Positions 1 to 7,626 of a stretch of 14,582 bases of DNA are shown here, in pieces. Position numbers and translations under genes: made by a program. The DNA comes from a virus (Duplodnaviria > Heunggongvirae > Uroviricota > Caudoviricetes). The number at the start of each line of letters is the position of its first letter. Position 1 is the first letter of the stretch. The stretch is from IMG/VR virus record IMGVR_UViG_2574180220_000005. One strand, 5' to 3'. The notes beneath the pieces were generated by a model. That model saw only the letters and a list, made by a program, of their open reading frames with translations, was not told where the DNA came from and made no database searches.

Positions 1-1362
1 ATGTTTAAACCGGAACTCCTTTCCCCGGCGGGAACGCTGAAAAATATGCGTTACGCTTTCGCTTATGGCGCAGATGCTGTTTATGCGGGCCAGCCGCGTT
101 ATTCCCTGCGTGTGCGCAACAACGAATTCAACCACGAAAATCTTCAGCTCGGCATCAATGAAGCCCACGCGCTGGGGAAAAAGTTTTATGTCGTGGTCAA
201 CATTGCACCGCACAACGCCAAGCTGAAAACCTTTATCCGTGACCTGAAACCGGTGGTGGAAATGGGGCCGGATGCGCTGATTATGTCCGATCCAGGGCTG
301 ATTATGCTGGTGCGTGAGCACTTCCCTGAAATGCCGATCCACCTTTCGGTGCAGGCTAACGCCGTGAACTGGGCGACGGTGAAATTCTGGCAGCAAATGG
401 GCCTGACCCGCGTGATCCTCTCTCGCGAGCTGTCGCTGGAAGAGATTGAAGAGATCCGCAATCAGGTGCCGGATATGGAGATCGAGATCTTCGTTCACGG
501 CGCGCTGTGCATGGCCTACTCCGGTCGCTGCCTGCTCTCTGGCTATATCAACAAGCGCGACCCGAACCAGGGCACCTGCACCAACGCCTGCCGCTGGGAG
601 TACAACGTCCAGGAAGGGAAAGAAGATGATGTTGGCAACATCGTACACAAGTACGAGCCGATTCCGGTGCAAAATGTTGAGCCGACGCTGGGTATCGGCG
701 CACCAACCGACAAAGTGTTTATGATCGAAGAGGCCCAGCGTCCGGGCGAGTATATGACCGCGTTTGAAGATGAGCACGGCACTTACATCATGAACTCGAA
801 AGATCTGCGCGCCATCGCCCATGTAGAACGCCTGACCAAAATGGGCGTGCATTCGCTGAAAATCGAAGGTCGTACCAAATCTTTCTACTATTGTGCACGC
901 ACCGCACAGGTTTACCGCAAAGCTATCGATGACGCCGCTGCGGGAAAACCGTTCGATACCAGCCTGCTGGAAACTCTGGAAGGTCTGGCGCATCGTGGCT
1001 ATACCGAAGGTTTCCTGCGTCGTCATACTCACGACGATTATCAGAACTACGAATACGGTTATTCAGTTTCTGACCGCCAGCAGTTTGTTGGTGAGTTTAC
1101 CGGTGAGCGCAAGGGGGACCTCGCGGCGGTAGCGGTGAAAAATAAATTCTCCGTTGGCGACAGCCTTGAGCTGATGACGCCGCAAGGCAACATTAATTTT
1201 ACCCTTGAGCACATGGAAAACGCCAAAGGCGAAGCTATGCCGATAGCACCAGGCGATGGTTATACTGTGTGGCTCCCGGTCCCGCAGGATCTTGAGCTCA
1301 ATTACGCGCTGCTGATGCGTAATTTCTCCGGGGAAACCACGCGTAATCCCCACGGTAAGTGA
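1..1362 (+). CDS. yegQ: Peptidase U32-family protein YegQ (also called TrhP), full-length 453 aa
   Basis: ORF 1..1362 with ATG at 1-3 and TGA at 1360-1362; translation (MFKPELLSPAGTLKNMRYAFAYGADAVYAGQPRYSLR...) recognised from memory as E. coli YegQ; no search run. Confidence 0.88.
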   Translation: MFKPELLSPAGTLKNMRYAFAYGADAVYAGQPRYSLRVRNNEFNHENLQLGINEAHALGKKFYVVVNIAPHNAKLKTFIRDLKPVVEMGPDALIMSDPGLIMLVREHFPEMPIHLSVQANAVNWATVKFWQQMGLTRVILSRELSLEEIEEIRNQVPDMEIEIFVHGALCMAYSGRCLLSGYINKRDPNQGTCTNACRWEYNVQEGKEDDVGNIVHKYEPIPVQNVEPTLGIGAPTDKVFMIEEAQRPGEYMTAFEDEHGTYIMNSKDLRAIAHVERLTKMGVHSLKIEGRTKSFYYCARTAQVYRKAIDDAAAGKPFDTSLLETLEGLAHRGYTEGFLRRHTHDDYQNYEYGYSVSDRQQFVGEFTGERKGDLAAVAVKNKFSVGDSLELMTPQGNINFTLEHMENAKGEAMPIAPGDGYTVWLPVPQDLELNYALLMRNFSGETTRNPHGK

Positions 1363-1396
1363 TTAATTTCGATTATTTTTCCCGGATGGAAAATTC

Positions 1397-1412
1397 TTAG
1401 AAACCGATCACA
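1397..1412 (+). promoter_or_regulatory. Candidate CRP site (TTAGA-N6-TCACA) centred ~42 bp upstream of the cyaR 5' end, with a -10-like TATCAT at 1434-1439
   Basis: Half-site TCACA at 1408-1412, degenerate half-site TTAGA at 1397-1401, 6-nt spacer; position fits a class II CRP-activated promoter. CyaR is known to be CRP-cAMP dependent (established knowledge); the site itself is read by eye. Confidence 0.45.
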
Positions 1413-1446
1413 TACAGCTGCATTTATTAAGGTTATCATCCGTTTC

Positions 1447-1533
1447 GCTGAAAAACATAACCCATAAAATGCTAGCTGTACCAGGAACCACCTCCTTAGC
1501 CTGTGTAATCTCCCTTACACGGGCTTATTTTTT
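1447..1533 (+). ncRNA. cyaR: CyaR (RyeE) Hfq-dependent small RNA, ~87 nt, ending in an intrinsic terminator hairpin (cccttacacgggcttatttttt)
   Basis: Sequence gctgaaaaacataacccataaaatgctagctgtaccaggaaccacctccttagcctgtgtaatctcccttacacgggcttatttttt matches CyaR as I recall it; location just downstream of yegQ agrees with the E. coli K-12 map; terminal stem-loop plus U-tract visible. Confidence 0.85.
1507..1533. repeat. Prophage attachment-site core, copy 1 (27 bp, AATCTCCCTTACACGGGCTTATTTTTT), overlapping the cyaR terminator; ogr-proximal end of the prophage
   Basis: Exact 27/27 direct repeat with 14079..14105; it is the reverse complement of the 27-nt P2 att core AAAAAATAAGCCCGTGTAAGGGAGATT as I remember it. 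Confidence 0.8.
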
Positions 1534-1597
1534 ACGCACAACAAATTGAAATAAAAGGATTTATTTCTGGTCACGTCCACACATTGACCACATCGAC

Positions 1598-1622
1598 AAA
1601 AAAAGCCCCTCGACTGAGGGGC
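1598..1622 (-). terminator. Rho-independent terminator downstream of ogr (hairpin GCCCCTC-gact-GAGGGGC followed by T7 on the minus strand)
   Basis: Perfect 7-bp stem at 1605-1611 / 1616-1622, and an A-run at 1598-1604 on the plus strand (a U-tract on the minus strand) immediately 3' of the ogr stop at 1636. Confidence 0.7.
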
Positions 1623-1635
1623 TTCCTGTTTCTAA

Positions 1636-1836
1636 TTACATCCACATAATTTGCTGCCCTGACGGCAACGGGTGCGGCCTTACGGCGTGGACTTCTCCCG
1701 GCTTCACGATGTATCGCTGTACCGACTCATAAGTGATGAACGTGGCGCTGCAATTCACGTTCTGACACTGGTGATAACGCTCTTTTGTCGTGTCAGTGAT
1801 ATAGCGACTTGTACGCGCATGTGCGGCATGCTGGCA
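1636..1836 (-). pseudogene. ogr: P2 late-gene activator Ogr, 5'-truncated: start codon and first zinc-finger cysteine lost at a deletion junction
   Basis: Translation ...CQHAAHARTSRYITDTTKERYHQCQNVNCSATFITYESVQRYIVKPGEVHAVRPHPLPSGQQIMWM matches P2 Ogr from its residue 7 onward (from memory). The upstream residues (VTVSASGV) differ and lack the first Cys of the C-X2-C...C-X4-C finger. The only upstream in-frame start is a GTG at 1858-1860. Confidence 0.8.
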
Positions 1837-2662
1837 TACCCCAGAAGCGGAAACCGTCACGGCGAATCAGTGTTGTGACGCCTGACTCGTTAAGCAGGTC
1901 AGCATCGGTGCCGGACTCCTGCAAATCCCAGAATACAGATGCGCTGATGCCGGTAACACCGTTCACCCCGACGTTGGACAGCGTTTTATGCCAGCCCTGC
2001 TCATGGTCTATTTTGGCACGCAGACCCAGCGCACGTGCGGTGGCATACGCGGTGGCGGTGGTACTGGTGACCGTATCCCATGCGAGGAAATCCGGCCAGA
2101 TGACCATCAGCTCACGCTGGCTGAAATTCTGGCGGTAGGCTTTCACCTCAGAAATGGTTTTACAGCCCCATGCGCTGATATACCCGAAAGCGCGCAGCTT
2201 CTGACAGACTGATGCCAGTGCAACAGCCACCTCTTTGGTATCCAGCCCCGGCACACCAAGAATACGCGGTTTAACACCGGTTACCGACTCCGCCGCCAGC
2301 AGGGCTTTCAGTCCGGTGTACTGACCGTTTTCGTCGGTGGTTCCGATGATATTGGAAACAGTCTGCGCGAGTTTCGTTTCTTCGTCTTCGCCGGTGCCGT
2401 CTTCCACGCGCACGACAACGGTGACCGGTTTTGACTGGTCGGCGATGGCCTGCAACGATGCCGCCAGCGTGCCTTTTTTACCGGCCTTTGCAATTGCGCT
2501 CTGCACATTGGTAATCAGCACCGGTTTATTGAGGGGGAAGATTTCCGCATCCGCATCGCTGGCCGTGCAGACCATGCCGACAATGGCAGTGGATACGGTG
2601 GAAATGACGCGGGTGCCGTCGTTAATCTCCAGCACCTGCACGCCGTGATGATAGTCACTCAT
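1837..2662 (-). pseudogene. FI: P2 tail sheath gene FI, N-terminal ~275 codons only, fused out of frame to the ogr remnant (the fusion ORF runs 1793..2662)
   Basis: ORF starts at ATG 2660-2662 with a GGAG Shine-Dalgarno; translation MSDYHHGVQVLEINDGTRVISTVSTAIVGMVCTASDADAE... matches P2 gpFI (from memory) up to ...RRDGFRFWG, then reads ogr DNA in another frame (MPACRTCAYKSLYH*). P2 FI is ~396 aa, so ~120 C-terminal codons are missing. Confidence 0.85.
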
Positions 2663-2756
2663 CCGTTTAACTCCGTGGTTAATGGGTGCAACTATTTTCT
2701 ATTGGGCAGTGCCTGAGACGCTATTTGACCTGTCTGGTCAGTGGATGAAACAACAG

Positions 2757-2785
2757 ATAAAGAAAAGGCGGGCAATTCGCCCGCC
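2757..2785 (-). terminator. Rho-independent terminator for the minus-strand cargo gene (hairpin GGCGGGC-aattc-GCCCGCC followed by TTTTCTTT on the minus strand)
   Basis: Perfect 7-bp inverted repeat 2767-2773 / 2779-2785 with a T-rich tract on the minus strand (2757-2766), lying ~150 bp 3' of the stop at 2938. Confidence 0.6.
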
Positions 2786-2937
2786 TGTCCTGACTTGCAC
2801 TCACTCATTTTCCAACTGACAATTTACATAGCCCAAACGCTATCAAATCTGACAGCCTGCTGTGAGCGAGGAGCAGACACATGAACCACACACATCATCC
2901 AACCACAGTCACGATAAGTATTATGCACTCTGTATAA

Positions 2938-4551
2938 CTATATTTTACCCGAAAACTCACCAAAATATGGTCTGAGAGCATTTCTCATTGACTCTCCACT
3001 TTCATTATTAGCCATCCTGACCACTAATTCAGCAAGCTGTCCATTAGCCAGCCCCAGATGCTTACTTACTTGGGATGAAAGGCTTTTCCTGTTATAAAGT
3101 TTTAATGCAAGAAGATAATCACGTTTCTCAACTGCATTATTAAACAGAGATAAACTTTCATCATAAAGCTCTTTAACATTAATTTGTGACGTCAACAACT
3201 CAAGAGCTCTACTAAGAGCATCGACCCCTTTTGCTTTTTCATCAAAACAATTAAGCATGAATTTAATTTCGCCAGCCACACGCAGTGAAATCTGAGTATC
3301 CAGCTCTGAGGATATTTTACGGAACACAAAATCTTTAACTGATTGTAGATCTTTATCTGGATTCCTGACTAATCGTTCGCTAACTAAAGTTATAACTTCC
3401 GGAACGCAAAAGAGATTTTCGACTTCAGCCACGCTTAGAGTATAAATACCGTATTCCAGAAGCGATTGAATTTCATTTTCAACACGTCTATCCCTATCAA
3501 TAATACCAAAAACTTCCATATAATGGAGTTTTTCACTGGCTCTTAGAGCTTTAACATTTTGTATTACTTGACTACAAGAACCAGATGGTATCACTAGATA
3601 ACTATTTAACACAGCACGATAAAGGGATACATCATAGCTTCCATTTTCCCCCTCAACAAAAACAATTGGTTTTCTACTACCCAATATTTCAATTAATAAA
3701 CTTTCTGGTAGGCCTTCGACATCGGGAACATCTTCCCAATCCCAACTGGAACCATCATAACTTTTTAACCAGATTTTCTTTGCATCATGCAGTGCTGCAG
3801 CAAAATCAGTATCATGAGTCATATATACAAACAGGCAATCAGGTCGGAGTTTTTCTATATCCTTCCATAATGGAACTTGTACAGATTTGTGAAGATGAAT
3901 TTCAGGCTCGTCTATGACAATAATTCCATTTTCGGGTGCTGCAAGACATTGCCCAATCAGATAGAAAATAACTCGCTCACCGTCGCTCATTTCCGAGGGG
4001 TTATAGACAGCCTCGTTATTTCCTTTTGCTCGTGTTTGAATTGTTAAACCGCCTAAAACAAGCTCTCGGTGAGGTAATGTTTTTTCCCAAATATATTTAA
4101 TTTTATCTAATTTAGTCGTCGTTGGTTCAATTCTTTTTTCTGAAGATTTAACTAATTCAATATATTTCGAGTCTTCTTCAATTTTGTCTGAAAAGAGATA
4201 CACCATTAATTTACCATAATCATTTAATGATGATATGGCAGGGTTACTTCCCCAGCGATAATTCTCTTTATACCAAAGTGGTTCCGACCCTTCCAAATTT
4301 TCAATTCCATAGAGTAAATTATTCTGTGCTTGTTGAAGCGAAGTTGGTGTTGTATGGTCAGGCATCGCTAAAGCCCGCTGAGCGGAAATACGATGAACAA
4401 TATTTCTTTGAGGAGATTTTAGATCCATCCATGTCCCAAGGCGAGACTTTCCAGAGCCATTCGCACCGATAATAAGCACGCTCTGATTAGTCTCTATTTC
4501 CGCTAGGTCTTTTTCTTTTGTAGGTAGTGTAATTGAAAATGAATTGCTCAT
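2938..4551 (-). CDS. Cargo gene 1: 537-aa ABC-type ATPase fused to a TOPRIM/DUF4435-like domain and a helical C-terminal tail (OLD-family or PARIS-like single-polypeptide candidate defence nuclease)
   Basis: Intact ORF with a strong RBS (AAGGAGGG before ATG 4549-4551). Walker A GANGSGKS (aa 29-36, nt 4444-4467), ABC signature-like SDGER (aa 189-193), Walker B IIVIDEPE (aa 210-217), H-loop YMTHD (aa ~246). TOPRIM-like Glu in PIVFVEGE (E300, nt 3652-3654) and DxD in GIIDRDRR (D352/D354, nt 3490-3498). Lower G+C than flanking P2 genes by eye. Sits between FI and G, the P2 Z/fun hotspot position. Confidence 0.6.
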   Translation of the reverse strand: MSNSFSITLPTKEKDLAEIETNQSVLIIGANGSGKSRLGTWMDLKSPQRNIVHRISAQRALAMPDHTTPTSLQQAQNNLLYGIENLEGSEPLWYKENYRWGSNPAISSLNDYGKLMVYLFSDKIEEDSKYIELVKSSEKRIEPTTTKLDKIKYIWEKTLPHRELVLGGLTIQTRAKGNNEAVYNPSEMSDGERVIFYLIGQCLAAPENGIIVIDEPEIHLHKSVQVPLWKDIEKLRPDCLFVYMTHDTDFAAALHDAKKIWLKSYDGSSWDWEDVPDVEGLPESLLIEILGSRKPIVFVEGENGSYDVSLYRAVLNSYLVIPSGSCSQVIQNVKALRASEKLHYMEVFGIIDRDRRVENEIQSLLEYGIYTLSVAEVENLFCVPEVITLVSERLVRNPDKDLQSVKDFVFRKISSELDTQISLRVAGEIKFMLNCFDEKAKGVDALSRALELLTSQINVKELYDESLSLFNNAVEKRDYLLALKLYNRKSLSSQVSKHLGLANGQLAELVVRMANNESGESMRNALRPYFGEFSGKI

Positions 4552-4813
4552 TTTTTGCCCTCCTTGTTCGCATGGAGTTTAATTAAAACTCAACATCTTA
4601 TTAGATACAACTATTCTTCTTATCAGCTCACAATTCCCTGAAGGTAACTTTTGGTTGCATCTTTAGCAAGATGTTAATATAAGGTAGTTTCATGATAATC
4701 ATATCCAATAGTGATAGAACATTAAAGTATCCGCTCCTGGCACAGAGCGTACTGTCAGATTAGGCTTAACTCTGTGCCATAGATACGTTTGCTCACTCCA
4801 GAGATCATACAAC

Positions 4814-5341
4814 TTATTGCGGCATTTCCGGCCATTCAGGATTTGCAGGATCCACACGACTGACCAGAACGCTGTAACGCTCCCATGCATCCAGTCGGCT
4901 ACGCTCCTCATCTGTTGCCATGTTCAGTCTGACAGCGCGATCCAGCGGCAAAATCACGGATTCAGCATCTGCAAGAAGTCTGGCTTTCCGGTTTTCTGCC
5001 TGCTGCTGCAATTCCTCTGCCGTATAAATGCGTTTAATCACTTTGCCGTCCTTAAACATCCAGTTCCCTGAAATGTCCGCCCGTCGGTTAGCAGTAATAT
5101 CCGCCACTTCAACAACACTTAATCCATCCGGTCTGATAGCTGTCACATCCTTTTCCACATAGCGGATGATATTATCTTTGTCGTACGCTATTTTTAGCGT
5201 GTCATCAGCAAAATACTTTTGTTCTTCGTACCAGTTCTTACCATCTTCTGAAAAAAACCAGACAACATCAAAGTCTTTTGTCAATTGATATTGTTCAACC
5301 GTTTTTGGATTACCTGCCGTTATATTTATCAAATGCTGCAT
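4814..5341 (-). CDS. G: P2-type tail fiber assembly protein gpG, 175 aa, intact
   Basis: Translation [40 protein letters not shown]...[14 protein letters not shown] is the same length as, and closely resembles, P2 gpG (from memory). Confidence 0.8.
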   Translation of the reverse strand: MQHLINITAGNPKTVEQYQLTKDFDVVWFFSEDGKNWYEEQKYFADDTLKIAYDKDNIIRYVEKDVTAIRPDGLSVVEVADITANRRADISGNWMFKDGKVIKRIYTAEELQQQAENRKARLLADAESVILPLDRAVRLNMATDEERSRLDAWERYSVLVSRVDPANPEWPEMPQ

Positions 5342-5344
5342 AAA

Positions 5345-5590
5345 TTATACCTGCGCCACGTTATACCAAGTCCCGTTAATGTATTTCTGCACCGGTCTGT
5401 AATATACGCCACCAATGTTATCGGCAGAGTTTGAGCCGGTATCCTGAACAATAATGCCGGAATATACACACCCGGACGGTGCCTGATGTGTCCATGTCAT
5501 ACCATTGTTCGCAGGTTTGTATGTGGCAGCACCACCAAGCCGGATATCCCGGACATAGCGTGAATCAAAGTTGCCATAGTTAGATGGTGA
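5345..5590 (-). pseudogene. H: Tail fiber gene H, C-terminal ~80 codons only
   Basis: Minus-strand frame ending at TAA (plus-strand 5345-5347) encodes ...NYGNFDSRYVRDIRLGGAATYKPANNGMTWTHQAPSGCVYSGIIVQDTGSNSADNIGGVYYRPVQKYINGTWYNVAQV, a P2-like tail fiber C-terminus. There is no start codon, and it abuts the J fragment in a different frame. Confidence 0.55.
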
Positions 5591-5726
5591 TACGGGCGAC
5601 CGCCTCCTGCTGGTCTTCCGGGTAAAGGGAAATCAGTGTCGCCTTGCGTTCGGCAAGAATGGTTTCAAAGTCCAGCTCCTCGACCACATCCGGTGCGGGT
5701 AGCTGGTTCAGGTCGATAATCGGCAT
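5580..5726 (-). pseudogene. J: Baseplate gene J, N-terminal ~45 codons only, ending in a premature stop at the deletion junction
   Basis: ATG at 5724-5726 directly after the W stop; translation MPIIDLNQLPAPDVVEELDFETILAERKATLISLYPEDQQEAVAR matches the P2 gpJ N-terminus (from memory), then ITI and a stop. Confidence 0.7.
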
Positions 5727-5730
5727 GGTT

Positions 5731-6078
5731 TCAACTCACAGGGATGGTTAACGAAAGTGGCTGGCCGGTGTCGTTGTGCTGGCCGGTCAAAGTGACAGTC
5801 ATTCGCCCGTCAAAACTGCGCTCAGTGGTGACGGATGACAGGGTGATGCGGGGTTCCCATTTCAGCACCGCCATGTAACAGGCGACCTTAATCTGCAACT
5901 CAAGCGCCGGGGTCTGCGGCTGGTCAATCATTGACGCCAGCAACGAGCCGTAATCACGACGCATCACCCGTGAGCCGATCGGTGTGCGCAGGATATCGCC
6001 GATACTCTGGCTGATATGCTCAAGGTCAGTGACAGTCAGGCCATCACTGCGATTCATTCCGAGATAACGCGCTGTCAT
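5731..6078 (-). CDS. W: P2 baseplate wedge protein gpW (gp25-like), 115 aa, intact
   Basis: Translation MTARYLGMNRSDGLTVTDLEHISQSIGDILRTPIGSRVMRRDYGSLLASMIDQPQTPALELQIKVACYMAVLKWEPR... matches P2 gpW (from memory). Its start overlaps the stop of the upstream V fragment (ATGA). Confidence 0.85.
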   Translation of the reverse strand: MTARYLGMNRSDGLTVTDLEHISQSIGDILRTPIGSRVMRRDYGSLLASMIDQPQTPALELQIKVACYMAVLKWEPRITLSSVTTERSFDGRMTVTLTGQHNDTGQPLSLTIPVS

Positions 6079-6300
6079 TTTGTCCCCTGTGTCCAGTTGT
6101 CACCTGACTTAACACCACCGTGACCGTGGTCATCCACCTGAACGCCGTTAGAAGTGAATTTCCCGTCGGTATCCGCCGTGGCTGTCTGGAATATGACGTC
6201 AGCGCCACCGACATCACCAGCTCGTTTATGGCTATCCGCAAGACCATGACCAGCAGTGGACGCAGCGCCACCTATGAGGCCAGCCGCAGCGAGGAAGCCA
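6075..6300 (-). pseudogene. V: Baseplate spike gene V, C-terminal fragment (upstream boundary uncertain)
   Basis: The minus-strand frame ends ...GKFTSNGVQVDDHGHGGVKSGDNWTQGTK with a stop overlapping the W start; the His/Gly-rich C-terminus resembles the P2 gpV apex. The expected ~210-aa ORF is absent. Confidence 0.5.
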
Positions 6301-6404
6301 GCCACGCCGACCTCGCCTGGGCGACCATGCACGCCCTGTTAAATGAGCCACTCACCGCCGGTATCAGCACCCCGCTGACATCCACCATTCTGGAGTTTTA
6401 CTGA
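6300..6404 (+). pseudogene. P: Probable 3' remnant of the large terminase gene P (5' boundary uncertain)
   Basis: The plus-strand frame ends ...LAWATMHALLNEPLTAGISTPLTSTILEFY with a stop overlapping the Q start (TGATG), the arrangement expected for the P-Q operon. I cannot confirm the protein match from memory. Confidence 0.35.
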
Positions 6405-7438
6405 TGAGCAAGAAAAAAGGGAAAACACCGCAACCTGCGGCAAAAAAAATGACCGCCAGCGCCCTGAAAATGGAGGCATTCACCTTTGGTGAGCCGGTGC
6501 CGGTACTCGACCGCCGTGACATTCTAGATTACGTCGAGTGCATCAGTAACGGCAGATGGTATGAGCCGCCGGTCAGCTTTACCGGTCTGGCAAAAAGCCT
6601 GCGTGCTGCCGTACATCACAGCTCACCGATTTACGTCAAACGTAATATTCTGGCCTCGACATTTATCCCGCATCCGTGGCTTTCCCAGCAGGATTTCAGC
6701 CGCTTTGTGCTGGATTTTCTGGTGTTCGGTAATGCGTTTCTGGAAAAGCGTTACAGCACTACCGGTAAGGTCATCAGACTGGAAACCTCACCGGCAAAAT
6801 ATACCCGCCGTGGCGTGGAGGAGGATGTTTACTGGTGGGTGCCGTCCTTCAACGAGCCGACAGCCTTCGCGCCCGGTTCCGTGTTTCACCTGCTGGAGCC
6901 CGATATTAATCAGGAGCTGTACGGCCTGCCGGAATATCTCAGCGCCCTTAACTCTGCCTGGCTGAATGAATCGGCCACGCTGTTCCGCCGCAAGTATTAC
7001 GAAAACGGCGCACATGCCGGATACATCATGTACGTCACCGATGCCGTGCAGGATCGCAACGATATCGAAATGCTTCGCGAAAACATGGTGAAGTCGAAAG
7101 GCCGCAACAACTTTAAAAATCTGTTTCTCTATGCCCCGCAGGGGAAAGCCGACGGCATTAAAATTATCCCGCTCAGTGAAGTGGCAACGAAGGACGATTT
7201 TTTTAATATCAAAAAAGTCAGCGCCGCTGACCTGCTGGACGCACACCGCATCCCCTTTCAGTTGATGGGCGGCAAGCCGGAGAACGTCGGGTCACTGGGA
7301 GATATTGAGAAAGTGGCAAAGGTCTTTGTCCGCAATGAGCTTATCCCGTTACAGGACAGGATCCGCGAGATAAACGGCTGGCTCGGTCAGGAGGTCATCC
7401 GCTTTAAAAACTACTCACTGGACACTGACAACGGCTGA
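6404..7438 (+). CDS. Q: P2 portal protein gpQ, 344 aa, intact
   Basis: Translation MSKKKGKTPQPAAKKMTASALKMEAFTFGEPVPVLDRRDILDYVECISNGRWYEPP... matches P2 gpQ in sequence and length (from memory). Confidence 0.9.
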   Translation: MSKKKGKTPQPAAKKMTASALKMEAFTFGEPVPVLDRRDILDYVECISNGRWYEPPVSFTGLAKSLRAAVHHSSPIYVKRNILASTFIPHPWLSQQDFSRFVLDFLVFGNAFLEKRYSTTGKVIRLETSPAKYTRRGVEEDVYWWVPSFNEPTAFAPGSVFHLLEPDINQELYGLPEYLSALNSAWLNESATLFRRKYYENGAHAGYIMYVTDAVQDRNDIEMLRENMVKSKGRNNFKNLFLYAPQGKADGIKIIPLSEVATKDDFFNIKKVSAADLLDAHRIPFQLMGGKPENVGSLGDIEKVAKVFVRNELIPLQDRIREINGWLGQEVIRFKNYSLDTDNG

Positions 7439-7443
7439 ACATC

Positions 7444-7465
7444 GCCGCCTGCGGGCGGCTTTTTT
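7444..7465 (+). terminator. Rho-independent terminator after Q (GCCGCC-tgcg-GGCGGC followed by TTTTTT)
   Basis: 6-bp GC stem at 7444-7449 / 7454-7459 followed by a T6 tract at 7460-7465, immediately 3' of the Q stop. Confidence 0.75.
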
Positions 7466-7607
7466 ACAACCCGCCATCACGCCCTCACACGCTCACCACC
7501 GCACAAAACAGCCCGCATACACACCAACGCCCCGGCGCACAATCTAAACGCCATCACGACGCGCTCAGACGCTGAAAAAATAAAATCAGCACCCCCGCCA
7601 GCGCGCA

Positions 7608-7626
7608 GTGCTTTCCCCGCCTCGCC
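7608..7626. other. P2 cos cohesive-end sequence (19 nt), within the cos region between Q and cargo gene 2
   Basis: GTGCTTTCCCCGCCTCGCC is the exact reverse complement of the P2 19-nt cohesive end GGCGAGGCGGGGAAAGCAC as I recall it; located where cos is expected, next to Q. Confidence 0.7.

Noticed and set aside
186-1353. Short ORFs overlapping yegQ (186..461 -, 446..724 +, 543..782 -, 893..1132 +, 1063..1353 -)
   Set aside because: They lie entirely inside, or antisense to, a well-supported full-length conserved gene, with no independent signals; treated as frame artefacts.
1672-2648. ORFs 1672..1878 +, 1809..2138 +, 1988..2212 +, 2308..2508 -, 2337..2648 +
   Set aside because: Alternative-frame or antisense readings within the ogr and FI remnants; low-complexity translations with no RBS context.
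3585-4472. Plus-strand ORFs 3585..3917 and 4227..4472
   Set aside because: Antisense to the 537-aa cargo gene; no recognisable motifs.
2938-4551. Assigning cargo gene 1 as the P2 old gene itself
   Set aside because: It is at the Z/fun position rather than the tin/old locus, and I cannot match it to P2 Old from memory; only the general OLD-like architecture is retained as a hypothesis.
4699-5071. ORFs 4699..4911 (-) and 4817..5071 (+)
   Set aside because: They overlap G in other frames or antisense, and G is well supported.
6044-6332. Minus-strand ORFs 6044..6271 and 6075..6332 as independent genes
   Set aside because: 6075..6332 is best read as the truncated C-terminus of V rather than an 85-aa gene of its own; 6044..6271 is an overlapping alternative frame.
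6561-7246. ORFs 6561..6965 (+) and 6788..7246 (-)
   Set aside because: Embedded in or antisense to the portal gene Q; Arg/Ser-rich translations typical of off-frame reads.
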